DNA of 64,000 bases from Coxiellaceae bacterium (GCA_947478905.1 CANJXG010000003.1:2337-66336), one strand, 5' to 3'; numbered from the stretch's first letter, positions 1-10,574 are shown. Numbers and translations: made by a program. The notes: generated from the letters alone by a model not told the origin.

Positions 1-1995
1 AGTCATACTATTACTGGGGAGATAGGAACGAGTACTGATTGGATGAAGGTAATATTATATGGTGGTACTGGCAGTGTTGTGAAAACCACAGGCAATATAT
101 ACGGTAATGTCCTATTTTATCTTTCTAATGCAGAATTAAGAATTGCCCCTAATAAAAATATTAATGGTTGGGTAGGTCAGGTAAGTCAGCAAAGTACTGA
201 TAATTATGAAGGTATAGTGACTTTTGAAGGAAACTCGGTAAGTAATAGTCTTAATGTATCACGTGATTGGATAGGAACATTAGAGAGACCTATAAAGCAA
301 GTCAATATTAATGCCGGTACTTTGCTCCTAAATCATAATATTTATGCCACTAATACCATTGTAAATGCATGTGCTCGACTCTTAGTCTCCAATAATGTTA
401 CTGTAGCGCCTACCTTAATTAATAATGGCATCGTGCAAATTGGTACTTTATCTGGGTCTAGTGCTACTACTAATACCTTGTCAGTAGGCACCTATACGGG
501 AAATCCAGATTCTAGTTTGAATTTAATCGTAACGAATGGAGGCGCAAATTATAGTAGATTAAATGCTACAACTGCATTTACTATTCCAACCAACGGTTTA
601 AAATTACTTATGAGCGGCAATACTATACCTAATAGTACAGTATTGGATAATATTATTACCACACCTTCTCTTTCTTTGGATTCTAATACACCAATGAATA
701 CAGCCACTTATCGATTTGTTCCAACGTATAGTACTCCAAATTTGGATATTACTGTTATCACCACGCCTATGAGTCAAATTGTCCCTAATAATTCTATAAT
801 ATCATCTATTGCTCAGTTTTTTGATACAGTAGGTCCTAGCATTCAAACTACTGCGCCTGGTTTGGTACCGGTATATGATGCCTTAAATGCCCAGCCTAAT
901 GCACTTGCATTGCAAAGCGCATTAGCCAGTTTGACATTACCCGTAAATGGCAATTTATTAGCCATATCTAATGGAGTTACCTCTCGTGGATTTTCAGTTA
1001 TTACAGGGCGTATGGATAATCTATATTGCTCTCAAGAACCCTTAAACTGCTCTATGAAAAGGGGGACATGGCTTGAATTTTATTATTCTGGCTTAGATCA
1101 AGGAGGGGATGATATTATAACCGGCACTGGATATACTGCACAGCAATGGGGTGTGATAGGCGGCTATGATAAGGCTTTGTATCCGTCTTTAAATACGGGT
1201 GCTGCTGTTGCTTATTCTAAAAGCAATAGTACTTCAAAAGGAATGATAAATAATACCTTAGCTGCGGATACCTTCCAAGGCTTTCTCTATGCCAATCACG
1301 AGTTATGTAATGGACTATATTGGGATGGTATACTGTCTTTAGGGTATAATAGCTATAATCAGGAAAGATTTATTGATTTAGCTTCCAATATTAATAGATT
1401 TCCTAATGCATGTGGGATCGATTCTATTCCTTTTGGACTGGCAGAAAATGCTAAAGCCAAATTTGGCGGTTGGCAGTTTAATAGTTATATAGAGGGTGGG
1501 TATCAGTATCGGACTTGTAAATTGGTTATTGTGCCTCATCTGATATTTAAAACCGTGTATATTCGAACTGAAGATTTTTCAGAAACAGGTGCGCCGATAG
1601 CTGGTTTTAAAAATGTGCAGTATGATGATATGCAGGAAGTAGATTTAGGTTTGGGTATTAAAATTGCTAAAAATTATATTTGTTGTAAAAAATATAAATT
1701 GACACCTTATGTAAAACTTGCAGCGCTTTATGATGCGGTGAATTCAAATCCAAGAAGTGTAAGTAAGTTTATTGCGGGCGGCCCTGAGTTAATCACTACT
1801 GGCACCAACTTAGGTGCAAATAGTTTGCAGAGCAGTTTGGGTTTAACTTTAAATCTTAAAGATAATAGTTTTCTAACTTTAGAGTATCTTTTTGAAAAAA
1901 GAACTAATTTAACAATGTTAGAGCATGATTTTGAAAAAAGAAGTAATTTTAAAATGTATTCCGCCTTTTTAAAATATCGTGTTGAGTGGTGCTAA
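1..1995 (+). CDS. Autotransporter (passenger plus C-terminal beta-barrel), 5' end truncated by the window edge
   Basis: Frame 1 is open from nt 1, so the gene starts upstream of the window. The passenger is N/T/S-rich and repetitive. The C-terminal ~270 aa show alternating aromatic/G beta-strand patterns (GYQY, GLGIKIA, YVKLAALYD) and end in FLKYRVEWC, typical of an autotransporter barrel. Confidence 0.7.
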   Translation, partial: SHTITGEIGTSTDWMKVILYGGTGSVVKTTGNIYGNVLFYLSNAELRIAPNKNINGWVGQVSQQSTDNYEGIVTFEGNSVSNSLNVSRDWIGTLERPIKQVNINAGTLLLNHNIYATNTIVNACARLLVSNNVTVAPTLINNGIVQIGTLSGSSATTNTLSVGTYTGNPDSSLNLIVTNGGANYSRLNATTAFTIPTNGLKLLMSGNTIPNSTVLDNIITTPSLSLDSNTPMNTATYRFVPTYSTPNLDITVITTPMSQIVPNNSIISSIAQFFDTVGPSIQTTAPGLVPVYDALNAQPNALALQSALASLTLPVNGNLLAISNGVTSRGFSVITGRMDNLYCSQEPLNCSMKRGTWLEFYYSGLDQGGDDIITGTGYTAQQWGVIGGYDKALYPSLNTGAAVAYSKSNSTSKGMINNTLAADTFQGFLYANHELCNGLYWDGILSLGYNSYNQERFIDLASNINRFPNACGIDSIPFGLAENAKAKFGGWQFNSYIEGGYQYRTCKLVIVPHLIFKTVYIRTEDFSETGAPIAGFKNVQYDDMQEVDLGLGIKIAKNYICCKKYKLTPYVKLAALYDAVNSNPRSVSKFIAGGPELITTGTNLGANSLQSSLGLTLNLKDNSFLTLEYLFEKRTNLTMLEHDFEKRSNFKMYSAFLKYRVEWC

Positions 1996-1998
1996 TAG

Positions 1999-3156
1999 AT
2001 GATAAATATTTTGTATAGGTTTAAAAGCTTACCAATTTTAGCTGCTTTGTTTTCTAGTTTTTCAGCTAATGCGCGATGTACTTTGGATTGCGCAACCAAT
2101 CCAGGTTTGGTACCTAATGGTATTTGTAATCAAATATCTTTATTTTCAATTCCAGTTAATCAGATAGCAAAAAATATAGATTTTGATAGTTATATTTTAG
2201 CTAATCGAAGGAAATATGAAAAAACCTCCTATCTTCCTTATATTGCCGGAGATGATGAGAAATGTTATCAACGAAGAAATAAGCAGTATGGGATTTGGGT
2301 AGAAGGTTTTGGAGCGCATGTAAGTCAAGATAATAGAGATTTAGCTTCGGGCTATAATGGATATGGTCAAGGCTTAGTAATAGGGCTAGAAAGAAATTTT
2401 GATCATAAATTGAGGCTAGGTTTTGCTTATGCTTATTCTCAAGAACACCTCCATGATCAAGATCTTTCAACAAATGCTTTTGATATGAAGAGTAATCAGG
2501 CTTTGGTATATGGTCGTTACCAAACGTGTGATATTTATTATAGTGCTGTGGCTTCTTTTGCTTTAAATCGATATGCTCAGGGGAATGATCTCTTGCTTGA
2601 TAATTCAAGCTATTTTACCGGCTGGCAGTTTAATGGAAAACTAGAAGCAGGGTATGATTTTTGTAGAAGATACTGTTCTCTTCGGTATCACATAGTGCCG
2701 CATGTTATGGCTACTTATGGCCATGTTAGAACCCATGCTTACCAAATGCCAAATGGACTAAATGTGCAAAATGAGCCCTTAGATGATGCACAACTAGGAT
2801 TGGGTGTATTACTTTCTTATGATAATTATTTTAATAAAAATTGGTGCCCTTCGTTTTCTTCCCCATATTTCAATTATCAAGGGGGTAATTGGCGTTATAC
2901 CCCTTATATTCGTTTATTAGCATTGCAGGGTATTATGAATGAAGAACAAAGGATGTTGACTAGTTTTCCTGGTTTGTCAGAGTCAGGATGTAGTTTATAT
3001 AGTATAACGGGTCCTGAATATACTAAGATTATAGGGTTAGGCATAGCCTTTGATTTTAAGGATAACAATTATTTAAGCTTTGAATATGATTGGGAGAGTA
3101 AAGGGAGTTTTACTATGCATGCAGCATTTATTAAATATAAAATAGAGTGGTGTTAA
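1999..3156 (+). CDS. Autotransporter-type outer-membrane beta-barrel protein with a short passenger
   Basis: Signal peptide (ILAALFSSFSANA). Barrel-like C-terminal half paralogous to the preceding gene (GWQFN..EAGY, HIVPH, LGLGV, YIRL.AL). Ends FIKYKIEWC. Starts 4 nt after the upstream stop. Confidence 0.7.
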   Translation: MINILYRFKSLPILAALFSSFSANARCTLDCATNPGLVPNGICNQISLFSIPVNQIAKNIDFDSYILANRRKYEKTSYLPYIAGDDEKCYQRRNKQYGIWVEGFGAHVSQDNRDLASGYNGYGQGLVIGLERNFDHKLRLGFAYAYSQEHLHDQDLSTNAFDMKSNQALVYGRYQTCDIYYSAVASFALNRYAQGNDLLLDNSSYFTGWQFNGKLEAGYDFCRRYCSLRYHIVPHVMATYGHVRTHAYQMPNGLNVQNEPLDDAQLGLGVLLSYDNYFNKNWCPSFSSPYFNYQGGNWRYTPYIRLLALQGIMNEEQRMLTSFPGLSESGCSLYSITGPEYTKIIGLGIAFDFKDNNYLSFEYDWESKGSFTMHAAFIKYKIEWC

Positions 3157-3259
3157 GAGTGTATGGTAAAAAATAAGCGACTCTCAGATAATGCAGTAGA
3201 TGCTATAGTTGCATGTTTACTGATTACGATTTTTGTATTGGGTGTAGTCTATTGGTTGG

Positions 3260-4306
3260 TTAGCATGCCGTCTTAGCGGATTCAAACCATTTTAGCCATT
3301 GTATAATTAATTCATCCATCCATTGAGATGGAGTGATTTTTCCTTCTACCTTGTTTAAACCCATCCAACCGAGATGTCCTCCCGCTTGAGTAGAGACAAA
3401 ATCAATATTGGGATTATTGCACGGTAAATACTGTTTCACGCAAACAAAGGGATCATCTTGTGCATGCAAAATTAATGTGGGAATTTTAATATTGTTTAAA
3501 AGTGGTCCTGCGCTGCAGCGAGTATAATAATCTAAAGCATTTTCAAAACCTGCTCGTGGTGCAATGTAGAGATCATTGAATGTATATAAATTTAAGTTTT
3601 TGGGTAAATCTAAGTCTGGCAACTCTGGAAAGTGCTGATGACAGATTTGAGCATGTTTTAATAATTGTTTCACAAAATATTGATCAAAAACTTTATTTTT
3701 ATTCATACTGAGTAATAAATTTGAGTTTAATATATCAACGGGTGGTGCAATAGCTATTCCGCTGTCTAGCTGATCAGGCAAAGGCATGCTTGGATTTTCA
3801 CCTAACATTTTTAGGGTAATGTTTCCTCCCAATGAAAAGCCTATTTGAGTCATAGGAGAGTTGGGAAAGGATTTTTCAATCCAATGAAGAATAAAATTGG
3901 TATCATCACTGCAGCCTGCATGATAAGGAAACCGAGCTAAGCCTAGACCAGGGCCACAACCCCTTAAATTTAAGCGCATGACTTTATGGCCTTGATTTAA
4001 AAAAAGCTGAGATAAACGAATATTATAATTAGATAGATAAGATCCTGTTAATCCATGCACTAATAATACGATGCGATCTCCTTTTTTCCAAGAAGAAGGT
4101 GTGTTTTCCATTAATACCAAAATATCGTCATCAGGTAAGGAAATTAAATGTTTACGGGTTTTGAGTGTATCAGAATAGGGGGGCCTATAAAATGCAATAA
4201 TAGTTTGCGACATAGGATTAGTTAATAAGGGAAAAGGCTTAAACTCATTCATGCCTATTTTTTCTAGAACAAGTGTGTTGTTCTTGTTATGCATATAAAT
4301 GTACAT
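3260..4306 (-). CDS. Alpha/beta-fold hydrolase, YheT/ABHD1-3-like
   Basis: HGLTGS oxyanion region, nucleophile elbow GFSLGGN, late DDPF and GGHLG motifs. The true start may be an internal Met (MHNK or MNEF). Confidence 0.75.
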   Translation of the reverse strand: MYIYMHNKNNTLVLEKIGMNEFKPFPLLTNPMSQTIIAFYRPPYSDTLKTRKHLISLPDDDILVLMENTPSSWKKGDRIVLLVHGLTGSYLSNYNIRLSQLFLNQGHKVMRLNLRGCGPGLGLARFPYHAGCSDDTNFILHWIEKSFPNSPMTQIGFSLGGNITLKMLGENPSMPLPDQLDSGIAIAPPVDILNSNLLLSMNKNKVFDQYFVKQLLKHAQICHQHFPELPDLDLPKNLNLYTFNDLYIAPRAGFENALDYYTRCSAGPLLNNIKIPTLILHAQDDPFVCVKQYLPCNNPNIDFVSTQAGGHLGWMGLNKVEGKITPSQWMDELIIQWLKWFESAKTAC

Positions 4307-4415
4307 CCTAAAATATTATCTATGTGTCTCCTTTAATTATATTCTACAATTTTAATATTGGCTTTAAATAACACTATGTACTCTAAGTACTCTAAATTAT
4401 ACCATTATATTAATT

Positions 4416-5885
4416 ATGACAACTATTGTGGAATCCTGGGTAAGAACCTTTTTAAGTTTATTAGCTTTTTTCATCTTTATTGGGGGGACAATTTATTTTG
4501 TCATTTCCTCTATAGATGAAGACCAAGTAAAAAAAATAGTGTTAAAAGAAGTTGAACTATTAACAGGACAAAAATTACAAGTGAAGGGGGCTTTAAATTT
4601 TACAGTATGGCCCTTACCCACGGTAACCATGAAAGAAGTCAGTGTTGCTTTTAAAACAGATACCAAGGCGAGTACCTTGCTATCTGCTAAAACACTGGTA
4701 CTCAGATTAGATCCATGGATGCTTCTTAAAATGGAGCGACAAGTATCTTCTAATGTAGATATGGAACTAGAAATAGATGCATTTATTATTGAAGATTTAA
4801 AAATTAAAACTACGGAATCTGATCAGCATTATTATATTGATCTTTTATCGGGCACTCTACAAGGGTTGAACACCAAAAAAGTGAGTATAAAAAAACTAAA
4901 GGCTCAAAGGAGAAAAAGTTATCTAAAGGGTGATTTAGTTTTTCAAAAAAATCATATTGATGGTCACCTAAAATCTGAGTATTTTGATCTTAAAGATTTT
5001 CCGGGTCCTCTTTCTAACCTTGCTCTTTTTATTTCCAAATCTACATCAAGAACCACGGTTTTAAATTTTCAATTTGATGCCTTACAAACTACTTCAATTT
5101 TATTGAATAATATAAAATTAAGGACACAAGTTGTAGGACAAAAAATTATTTTATCGCCTTTTAGTTTCACTTTGGCACAGGGTATCGTTCAAGGGAGTAT
5201 TATTTTGAATAACGGGTATGCGAATATTAATATGCAGGCCAATGATATTATTTTTGCAAAATTGTTAAATGAGGTGCTTGGGGGTAATAAAGGTTTGCTA
5301 GGGGGTAATACCCAAATGCGGCTTTGGGCAACAGGGCGAGGATCTACTTTTGATGAAATTATTAGTAGTTTGACTGGCAATGCTTTTTTTGTAATGAAGA
5401 ATGCGGTTTTAGAAGATAAAACGTTTCAAACATCAGTTAGTCAGCTTTTCTTTAAGTTTTTTCATGTTTTTAATCCTGCAATTGAAAAAGAAAAACATAC
5501 CTACATTCAGTGTGCTGCACTTCGCTTAGATCTAAAAGAGGGTATGGCATATGCGAAAAACAATTTTGGATTAGAAACCAAGCAATTTAATGTGTGGGGT
5601 AGTGGAAAAATCAACTTAAAAAACAAAGCATTAGATTTTGAAATTTATAATAAACCTAAAGGTAAATTAAATATAGAAATAGGGCAGTTCGCTAAATATG
5701 TTCAGGTAGGGGGTACAATAGAGGATCCTAAATTTTCCTTTAACCCAAAAGGGTTGTTGCAAGAAGGGGTATCTATTATAGCAGGTATTGCTACAGGAGG
5801 GATGAGCACTCTTGCTGAACAAGTTGTAAAGATGGGCAGCCCGAATGAATCTGCTTGTGAATCTGTTATTTATAAAAAAAATTAA
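4416..5885 (+). CDS. AsmA-family outer-membrane assembly protein
   Basis: N-terminal TM anchor followed by the ..TGQKLQVKGALNFTVWPLPTV.. pattern typical of AsmA N-termini. AsmA_2-like C-terminal region (G.GKINLKN..LDFEI). Confidence 0.6.
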   Translation: MTTIVESWVRTFLSLLAFFIFIGGTIYFVISSIDEDQVKKIVLKEVELLTGQKLQVKGALNFTVWPLPTVTMKEVSVAFKTDTKASTLLSAKTLVLRLDPWMLLKMERQVSSNVDMELEIDAFIIEDLKIKTTESDQHYYIDLLSGTLQGLNTKKVSIKKLKAQRRKSYLKGDLVFQKNHIDGHLKSEYFDLKDFPGPLSNLALFISKSTSRTTVLNFQFDALQTTSILLNNIKLRTQVVGQKIILSPFSFTLAQGIVQGSIILNNGYANINMQANDIIFAKLLNEVLGGNKGLLGGNTQMRLWATGRGSTFDEIISSLTGNAFFVMKNAVLEDKTFQTSVSQLFFKFFHVFNPAIEKEKHTYIQCAALRLDLKEGMAYAKNNFGLETKQFNVWGSGKINLKNKALDFEIYNKPKGKLNIEIGQFAKYVQVGGTIEDPKFSFNPKGLLQEGVSIIAGIATGGMSTLAEQVVKMGSPNESACESVIYKKN

Positions 5886-6006
5886 TATAAAATTAATATA
5901 TTGAAGACGAGTGAGGACTAAAAATGGTAAAATAGAGGTGAAGATTTTATTTACCTTATTATAACTATTATGTTATAAATTAACATTATATAACGGCTTG
6001 ATTTGT

Positions 6007-6564
6007 ATGAGTATATTAGATAATAATAAAAAAAAACGTGATCAAAAAAGTTCAGACACTGAAAAAGAGCTCGCTTTGGCTCAGCTTCAGGATCGCTTTT
6101 TAGGATTTAAAGCGCCTAAAGCTGATTTTCTTAAAAAAATTGTTGTTGGTATTAGCCCCGCATTATTACCTAAAAAAGATAAAGTTAATCTCCAGACTTC
6201 TGATCACACGCCCGCTGTAGAAAAGCATAAGCTGCCTTTAGTGAATACAAATACTATTGTAAATACACCAATTGTAAATACACCAATTGTAAATGCAACC
6301 ATAGAGGTGCAAACAGGGCAACCTTCTATTGCCCCATCTGAATCAATACCGCCCATCGTAGATCCAAGCATTCCTTCTGTCCAAACACAGGAACTACCAG
6401 AGCCATCTGATTCATCGGACACTAATGTACCTCAAAAACCAGTGAGTAGTTTTGATTTTTTAGATGTTGGGATTGGCGTACCAGCTCCTTCTGCTCCAAA
6501 AACCAAATCTTTTTTAGCTCATTTTGCTAAAAAAGATAAAGTAGATAAAGATAAAGATAAATAA
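6007..6564 (+). CDS. Hypothetical low-complexity protein (K-rich ends, P/S/T-rich centre, TPIVN pentapeptide repeats)
   Basis: Long ORF; ATG at 6007 preferred over the TTG at 5998. Contains a 15-nt tandem repeat. No recognisable domain. Confidence 0.4.
   Translation: MSILDNNKKKRDQKSSDTEKELALAQLQDRFLGFKAPKADFLKKIVVGISPALLPKKDKVNLQTSDHTPAVEKHKLPLVNTNTIVNTPIVNTPIVNATIEVQTGQPSIAPSESIPPIVDPSIPSVQTQELPEPSDSSDTNVPQKPVSSFDFLDVGIGVPAPSAPKTKSFLAHFAKKDKVDKDKDK
6256..6300 (+). repeat. 15-nt tandem repeat x3 (attgtaaatacacca), in frame (IVNTP)
   Basis: Read directly: two perfect units plus a third with two mismatches. Confidence 0.9.
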
Positions 6565-6567
6565 AAA

Positions 6568-7407
6568 ATGTCCAAGGTTTTAGCTACTCCTATTGTTACC
6601 AATTCTATTCATTTTATTCCTCCAGGCAATACCGCTAAAAAAGTTGCTCAGCTTGAAAAAAAATTATTGCATTATATGAGTAAGGCAATACATGATTATT
6701 CAATGATTGAAACGGGCGATAGGGTATTAGTCTGCGTCTCTGGTGGTAAAGATTCTTTAACCATGTTAAGTTTGCTTGCTAAGATGTTAGTGCGAAAAAG
6801 AGGGAAATTTGAAATATTAGCTTTTATTTTAGATCAATCTCAACCGGGATGGAATGATCTGAAATTAAGAGCTTATTTAACAGAACATAATCTTCCGTTT
6901 GATATTTTAACTAAAGATACCTATAGTGTAGTCAAAGAAAAAACGCCGACTGGCAAAACTTTTTGTGGTTTATGTTCTAGATTACGACGTGGTAATATTT
7001 ATAATTATGCTAAAAAAAATGGATTTAATAAAATAGCATTAGGGCACCATCGAGATGATTTAATTCAATCATTATTAATGTCCATGATGTATAATGGACA
7101 AATTCAATCTATGCCGCCTAAATTATTAACAGACGATAAAGCGCATGTGGTTATTAGACCTTTATGTTATATACAAGAAAAAGATATTATTCGTTATGCA
7201 GCTATGAAAGAATATCCTATTATTCCTTGTACATTATGCGGATCTCAACCAAATTTAGCACGGGCTAAAATGAAAAAATTACTGGCAGAATTAGCTATTC
7301 AAAACCCTAAAATACCCAGTAATATGTTAAATGCTTTGCAAAATGTAAATGCGAGTCAACTTATGGATAAGAAACTTTGGGATTTTAATGGATTTGAAAA
7401 AATATGA
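6568..7407 (+). CDS. ttcA: tRNA 2-thiocytidine(32) synthetase TtcA
   Basis: PP-loop [16 protein letters not shown] and CTLCGSQ cysteine clusters, and GHHRDD, in the order characteristic of TtcA. Confidence 0.9.
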   Translation: MSKVLATPIVTNSIHFIPPGNTAKKVAQLEKKLLHYMSKAIHDYSMIETGDRVLVCVSGGKDSLTMLSLLAKMLVRKRGKFEILAFILDQSQPGWNDLKLRAYLTEHNLPFDILTKDTYSVVKEKTPTGKTFCGLCSRLRRGNIYNYAKKNGFNKIALGHHRDDLIQSLLMSMMYNGQIQSMPPKLLTDDKAHVVIRPLCYIQEKDIIRYAAMKEYPIIPCTLCGSQPNLARAKMKKLLAELAIQNPKIPSNMLNALQNVNASQLMDKKLWDFNGFEKI

Positions 7408-9092
7408 TAAACACTTCAATACAAACAGGCACGGATGCTTATCATATTGAGGCATATACTCCGCTTCGAAATTCTTCTTTATGGACATTACAACAGAATT
7501 ACTTTAAAACGAAAGGGGTAACCGCTTGGCAAGGAGAGGTTCCTTTTTATATTTCTTCTAATGCATTTATAGCTACTCGTTATGCTCAATTAGTGTTAGA
7601 TGCTATAAAAGATATTTTAACTATTCATCCAGAGTTAAAAGCTGAAACTTTTTATATTATCGAGTTAGGCGCTGGGCTAGGTAAATTTAGTTTTTATTTT
7701 TTAAAAGCATTTTTTAGCCTTCAAGATCTTAAAGATCCGATTTCTATTTGTTATATTATGACAGATGTAGCTGAAAAAAATAAAACTTTTTGGAAAGAAA
7801 ACCCTTATTTTCAATCTTTAGTCAATAAAGGCTGTTTAGATTTTGCGATATTAGACGTAGCAAGTGATATAAAAAACACTAAATTTGTTTTTTTAGAGGA
7901 ACGGAATATCACTTTATCTGAATTAGAATTAAAAACTCCTTTAATGATTATTGCTAATTATGTTTTTGACTGTATACAGCAAGATGCATTTCAGATTCAA
8001 AATCAAGAAGTAAATGAAATTCAATTTAAAATAAAAAGTCGTTATAAAAATTATAACCAATCAAAATCTGAGCATTTAAGAGAGCTACAATTTGAATTTT
8101 TAAACCAATTGAATGTTGCTCCTTACTCCGATTCTATTTTAAATACTATATTACAAGAGTATAAAATAGAATTGTTAGAGAATAGTTTTTTTACGATGCC
8201 ATTGGGTGCTATTGCTTTTTTAAAGCATATTGCAAGCTTGACAAATAATAATTATTTTTTAATAGTAGGTGATAAAGGGATTGCTAAATCTGAACGATGG
8301 TCTGGATTTAAGCAAAAAGATTTATTTTCTTACGATGGTTGTTATGCTTTTATGGTAAATTTTGATGCATTGGGTCGGTATGTCAAAGCCACAGGAGGAG
8401 ATTGCTTATTAACGAATAATACCAATTCTTTTAAAATATGTTTATATAGTTCACAATACCATTTTTCAAATCTCCCTAGAGTATCAGGCTCATTTTTACA
8501 CGATATGGAACGATTTGGTGCAGATGAATTTTGTTCTTTAAATGAAGCAGTTCAACCGCATTGTTATGGTTTATCTTTAAAAGCGCTTATTGCACATTTA
8601 CGATTATCTTGTTGGGATGTAGAGGTGTATTTAGATATTCATGATCGTTTAATTGAATTAGTTTCTAATGTATCTGTTAGTTTATCTTCTGATATAGTAA
8701 GAGATATGCAATGTGTTGAGGACAATATTTATTATTATCCTGGTATGGTTAACCTTTATAATCAACTGGGTATGTTTTATCAAACTATTGGCCAAGCTGA
8801 AAAAGCAATTACACTTTACAAAAAAGCACTCTTAATTTGGGGTGAAACTATGGAACCATATCACAATTTAGGAATGATTTATGATGCAATAGGAGATCGA
8901 GATTTAGCGATTAGTCATTATCAAAAATCTCTTGCCTTAAATACATCTAAAACAGATGATAGTTATGCAAGGCATCGATTAAATGTATTATCTGGTCGGC
9001 CTTTTACAGATATATTGAAAATATTAGCTCGGATACTATTTGTTTGTTGCTTGACCGCAGTTGTTTTATATTATTTGATTTTTGTTTTATAA
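7404..9092 (+). CDS. SAM-dependent methyltransferase-like (MidA/DUF185-like) protein with C-terminal TPR repeats and a TM tail
   Basis: Motif I-like [12 protein letters not shown], later LIVGDKG. The C-terminal ~120 aa have TPR-like Y/A/G periodicity ([44 protein letters not shown]). Terminal hydrophobic helix. ATGA overlap with ttcA. Confidence 0.5.
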   Translation: MINTSIQTGTDAYHIEAYTPLRNSSLWTLQQNYFKTKGVTAWQGEVPFYISSNAFIATRYAQLVLDAIKDILTIHPELKAETFYIIELGAGLGKFSFYFLKAFFSLQDLKDPISICYIMTDVAEKNKTFWKENPYFQSLVNKGCLDFAILDVASDIKNTKFVFLEERNITLSELELKTPLMIIANYVFDCIQQDAFQIQNQEVNEIQFKIKSRYKNYNQSKSEHLRELQFEFLNQLNVAPYSDSILNTILQEYKIELLENSFFTMPLGAIAFLKHIASLTNNNYFLIVGDKGIAKSERWSGFKQKDLFSYDGCYAFMVNFDALGRYVKATGGDCLLTNNTNSFKICLYSSQYHFSNLPRVSGSFLHDMERFGADEFCSLNEAVQPHCYGLSLKALIAHLRLSCWDVEVYLDIHDRLIELVSNVSVSLSSDIVRDMQCVEDNIYYYPGMVNLYNQLGMFYQTIGQAEKAITLYKKALLIWGETMEPYHNLGMIYDAIGDRDLAISHYQKSLALNTSKTDDSYARHRLNVLSGRPFTDILKILARILFVCCLTAVVLYYLIFVL

Positions 9093-9143
9093 ATTTAGGA
9101 TTCACAGGCCCTTAGATCATGTTCGTATTTGGAATCCTGTATA

Positions 9144-9902
9144 TTAAAATTGTCTTTTTAATTTGATTCTATTAAATTTAACCTTTTTATTTTCTTTACC
9201 ACGTAATCTTAAATTTAACATTTCTACCCCAAATGAAAAAGCCATAGAAAAATAAATATAGCCTTTAGGAATATTAAAATTAAATCCTTCTCCTAATAAC
9301 GCAACGCCTACCATGATTAAAAAGCTTAAGGCCAGCATTTTTAAAGTAGGGTGCTTGTCAACATAATGACTAATTGCTTTAGAAGCAAACATCATAATAA
9401 TTACCGAAATAACAATAGCCGCAATCATAACCTCTAATTGGTTGGCTAAGCCAACTGCCGTAATAACAGAATCAAGTGAAAAAATGATATCAATAATCGC
9501 AATTTGACACATTACAGCCCAGAAATTTTTAATATTGGCATGAATATTAGTATGAGCATCTTCTGGCCCCTCTAAACTGTTATGAATTTCTTGTGTACTT
9601 TTGGCCATTAAAAACAAGCCACCGAATATTAAAATCAAATCTCGTCCTGAAAATGAGAAATTAAATAGAGTAAATAAGGGCTGTGTTAATTTAATTACCC
9701 AAACTAAAGATAATAGTAATAGAATTCTTGTGCCCATGGCTAGGCTTAAACCAATAATACGCCCTTTATTTCGTTGATGTTTTGGAAGCTTCGTTACTAA
9801 TATTGTTAAAAAAATAATATTATCGATACCTAATACAATTTCTAAGCCGGTTAAAGTAAGTAAAGCTAACCAGGATTGTGGATCTAGCATCCATTCAAAC
9901 AT
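9144..9902 (-). CDS. TerC-family integral membrane protein
   Basis: LEIVLGIDNIIFL and a second DS(V/I) motif (IIFSLDSVITAVG). Multi-TM. Confidence 0.8.
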   Translation of the reverse strand: MFEWMLDPQSWLALLTLTGLEIVLGIDNIIFLTILVTKLPKHQRNKGRIIGLSLAMGTRILLLLSLVWVIKLTQPLFTLFNFSFSGRDLILIFGGLFLMAKSTQEIHNSLEGPEDAHTNIHANIKNFWAVMCQIAIIDIIFSLDSVITAVGLANQLEVMIAAIVISVIIMMFASKAISHYVDKHPTLKMLALSFLIMVGVALLGEGFNFNIPKGYIYFSMAFSFGVEMLNLRLRGKENKKVKFNRIKLKRQF

Positions 9903-9905
9903 ATC

Positions 9906-10574
9906 CTATACTGCTCCTGTGCTATGTAGGTCATATAATTTTATAATTATTTGAAAACCAAAGTTAATAAAGGGGCCCAAAATTTTTCCTAGTATGCCTG
10001 AAAACATAAGCACTATTAATAATATAAAACCAAGATTTTCGATTTTATTATACATAAAGGAAATTTTTGCTGGTAATACACTAGAGACAACCCGTGAACC
10101 ATCTAAAGGCGGAATAGGGAGTAAGTTAAGGATACCTAATACCAAATTGATTAAAACACCTGCTTGCCCCATTAAAACAAGAAAATTATTCTCTACTGTA
10201 TTATTGGCAATCAAGATAAACCCTACTTTTATTATTGCACCCCAAAAAAGTGCCATGATGAAATTAGAAATTGGTCCCCCTAATGCTACCAAGGCCATAT
10301 CCCTTCTAGGCTTGTGTAAATTTCTATAATTTACTGGCACGGGTTTAGCCCAGCCAAAAATAAAATTGCCTACACTAAGGCAAATAACAGGCACAATAAT
10401 AGTGCCCATGAGATCAATATGTTTAATAGGATTAAGGGTAATACGCCCTAGTATGAGGGCTGTTTTATCACCTAACTTGTTAGCAATCCAACCATGGGCT
10501 GCTTCGTGTATGGTAATTGCAAAAATAACGGGAATAGCCCAAATAGCTATTTTTTGTAATAATGAAGTGTCCAA
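9906..10574 (-). CDS. Site-2 protease family (peptidase M50) membrane metalloprotease
   Basis: HEAAHG zinc motif in TM1 and NLLPIPPLDG motif. Confidence 0.8.
   Translation of the reverse strand: MDTSLLQKIAIWAIPVIFAITIHEAAHGWIANKLGDKTALILGRITLNPIKHIDLMGTIIVPVICLSVGNFIFGWAKPVPVNYRNLHKPRRDMALVALGGPISNFIMALFWGAIIKVGFILIANNTVENNFLVLMGQAGVLINLVLGILNLLPIPPLDGSRVVSSVLPAKISFMYNKIENLGFILLIVLMFSGILGKILGPFINFGFQIIIKLYDLHSTGAV

Noticed and set aside
2201-2608. A 135-aa minus-strand ORF inside the second autotransporter gene. Similar antisense or alternate-frame ORFs in the track include 5189-5380, 6204-6422, 9994-10329, 10366-10590, 12197-12427, 17153-17380, 20534-20797, 21814-22056, 22609-22806, 23854-24126, 25693-25977, 28019-28207, 30062-30304, 31947-32198, 32952-33137, 33681-34234, 35500-35709, 37371-37562, 38490-38909, 39124-39844, 41718-42273, 42716-42958, 43716-44162, 46034-46282, 47715-48288, 49039-49341, 51920-52111, 53190-53408, 55235-55429, 57298-57519, 58418-58636, 59089-59271, 59629-59838, 59900-60185 and 61460-61681.
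   Set aside because: Each lies wholly within, or largely overlaps, a longer ORF on the other strand or frame that has recognisable family motifs. Their translations are low-complexity or compositionally odd, as expected for shadow ORFs in AT-rich DNA.
9093-9143. A possible terminator hairpin (aggattc ... gaatcct) between the TPR-MTase and terC.
   Set aside because: The stem is only 7 bp with a loop of about 27 nt and no U-tract, so it is not convincing.
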